The notes under the pieces were generated by a model. That model worked only from the letters and a program-made list of their open reading frames with translations. It ran no database searches and was not told where the DNA came from. From Squalus acanthias (lineage: Eukaryota): a DNA stretch of 64,000 nt. Below, in pieces: positions 63,318 through 64,000 of the stretch. The translations under genes were made by a program, and so were the position numbers. The first letter of the stretch is position 1; each line of letters begins with the position of its first letter. The DNA lies in NCBI GenBank assembly GCA_030390025.1, contig JASTWF010000033.1:2048001-2112000 (forward strand), given 5' to 3'.

Positions 63318-63344
63318 ATTGTGTCTTTTTGTGCTGGTTGCTAG

Positions 63345-63859
63345 GAGTCGAAGAGCATGATGGCGAAGGCCGGGTCATCACCGCGGAATTTAACAAGTAC
63401 TTCCTGGTCACTGCGTACGTGCCGAATTCTGGCCGTGGCCTGGTGCGTCTGGATTACCACAAGACCTGGGACGTGGATTTCCTCGCCTACCTGAAGGGGC
63501 TGGAGAGCAAGAAGCCCCTCATCCTGTGTGGAGACCTCAATGTCGCTCACCAGGAGCTCGACCTCAAGAACCCCAAAACGAACAAAAAATCGGCCAGCTT
63601 CACGCCGGAGGAGAGGCAGGGCTTCGGCGCTCTGCTGGGCGAGGGCTTCGTCGACAGCTACTGCCACCTGTACCCCGACACCTCCCACGCCTACACCTTC
63701 TGGACCTACATGGGCAACTGCAGGGCCAAGAACGTGGGCTGGCGCCTGGACTACTTTGTGTTGTCCAAGGCTCTGCTCCCTTGCCTGTGCGACAGCAAGA
63801 TCCGCTCGAAGGCCATGGGCTCCGAGCATTGCCCCATCACCTTGCTCATGGCCATGTGA
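63345..63859 (+). pseudogene. APEX1: APEX1 (AP endonuclease 1) last coding exon, open frame but with substitutions at conserved residues
   Basis: Acceptor TTGCTAG at 63343-63344, then phase-1 [60 protein letters not shown] and stop TGA. The intron position matches that recalled for mammalian APEX1. Confidence 0.9.
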
Positions 63860-64000
63860 AGGTGTGTGTCTCCCCCACCCGCCCTTTGTGGCCGCTTCCA
63901 ATTCAGTCGAAAGGGAGCAATGGCCAAGGGCCTGAGGTCTTGCATTCCTTCCCACCCCGCTTTCATTGTCCAGCAGCTTGGGCCGGCTCAGCTTAGCTCA

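Noticed and set aside
61884..63411. 466-501 aa minus-strand ORFs and the repeat N-terminus fused to APEX1 in ORF 62927-63859
   Set aside because: Translations of the 33-bp minisatellite; APEX1 similarity starts exactly at the splice acceptor at 63345.
63345..63859. LINE endonuclease or processed retrocopy as the source of the AP-endonuclease sequence
   Set aside because: The sequence has cellular APEX1-specific motifs ([16 protein letters not shown]) and retains intron boundaries.

Overview
Repeat-dense vertebrate DNA, most likely from a cartilaginous fish. The host inference rests on an HE1/V-SINE, abundant CR1/L2/Penelope elements and a GPR139-like receptor of the shark-expanded type. The main element is a degenerate minus-strand endogenous retrovirus-like provirus (1-8895, running off the left edge). 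It has a 1.67-kb LTR, a coiled-coil/CCHC gag joined in frame to pol through a UGA-CUA readthrough codon, and a pol with two RNase H folds. It also has a signal-peptide env-like ORF starting at 340 that the ORF track misses. This architecture resembles lokiretroviruses more than ordinary Gypsy elements. A related solo LTR with a 4-bp TSD sits at 54896-56527. Host sequence consists of a GPR139/GPR142-like GPCR main exon (17534-18519) and a decaying partial APEX1 copy (60286-63859). About 40% of the window is minisatellite (29-, 42-, 26- and 33-bp units), two arrays apparently derived from retroposon segments. Penelope tails carry minimal hammerhead-ribozyme motifs. All family assignments come from motif recognition by eye; no searches were run.
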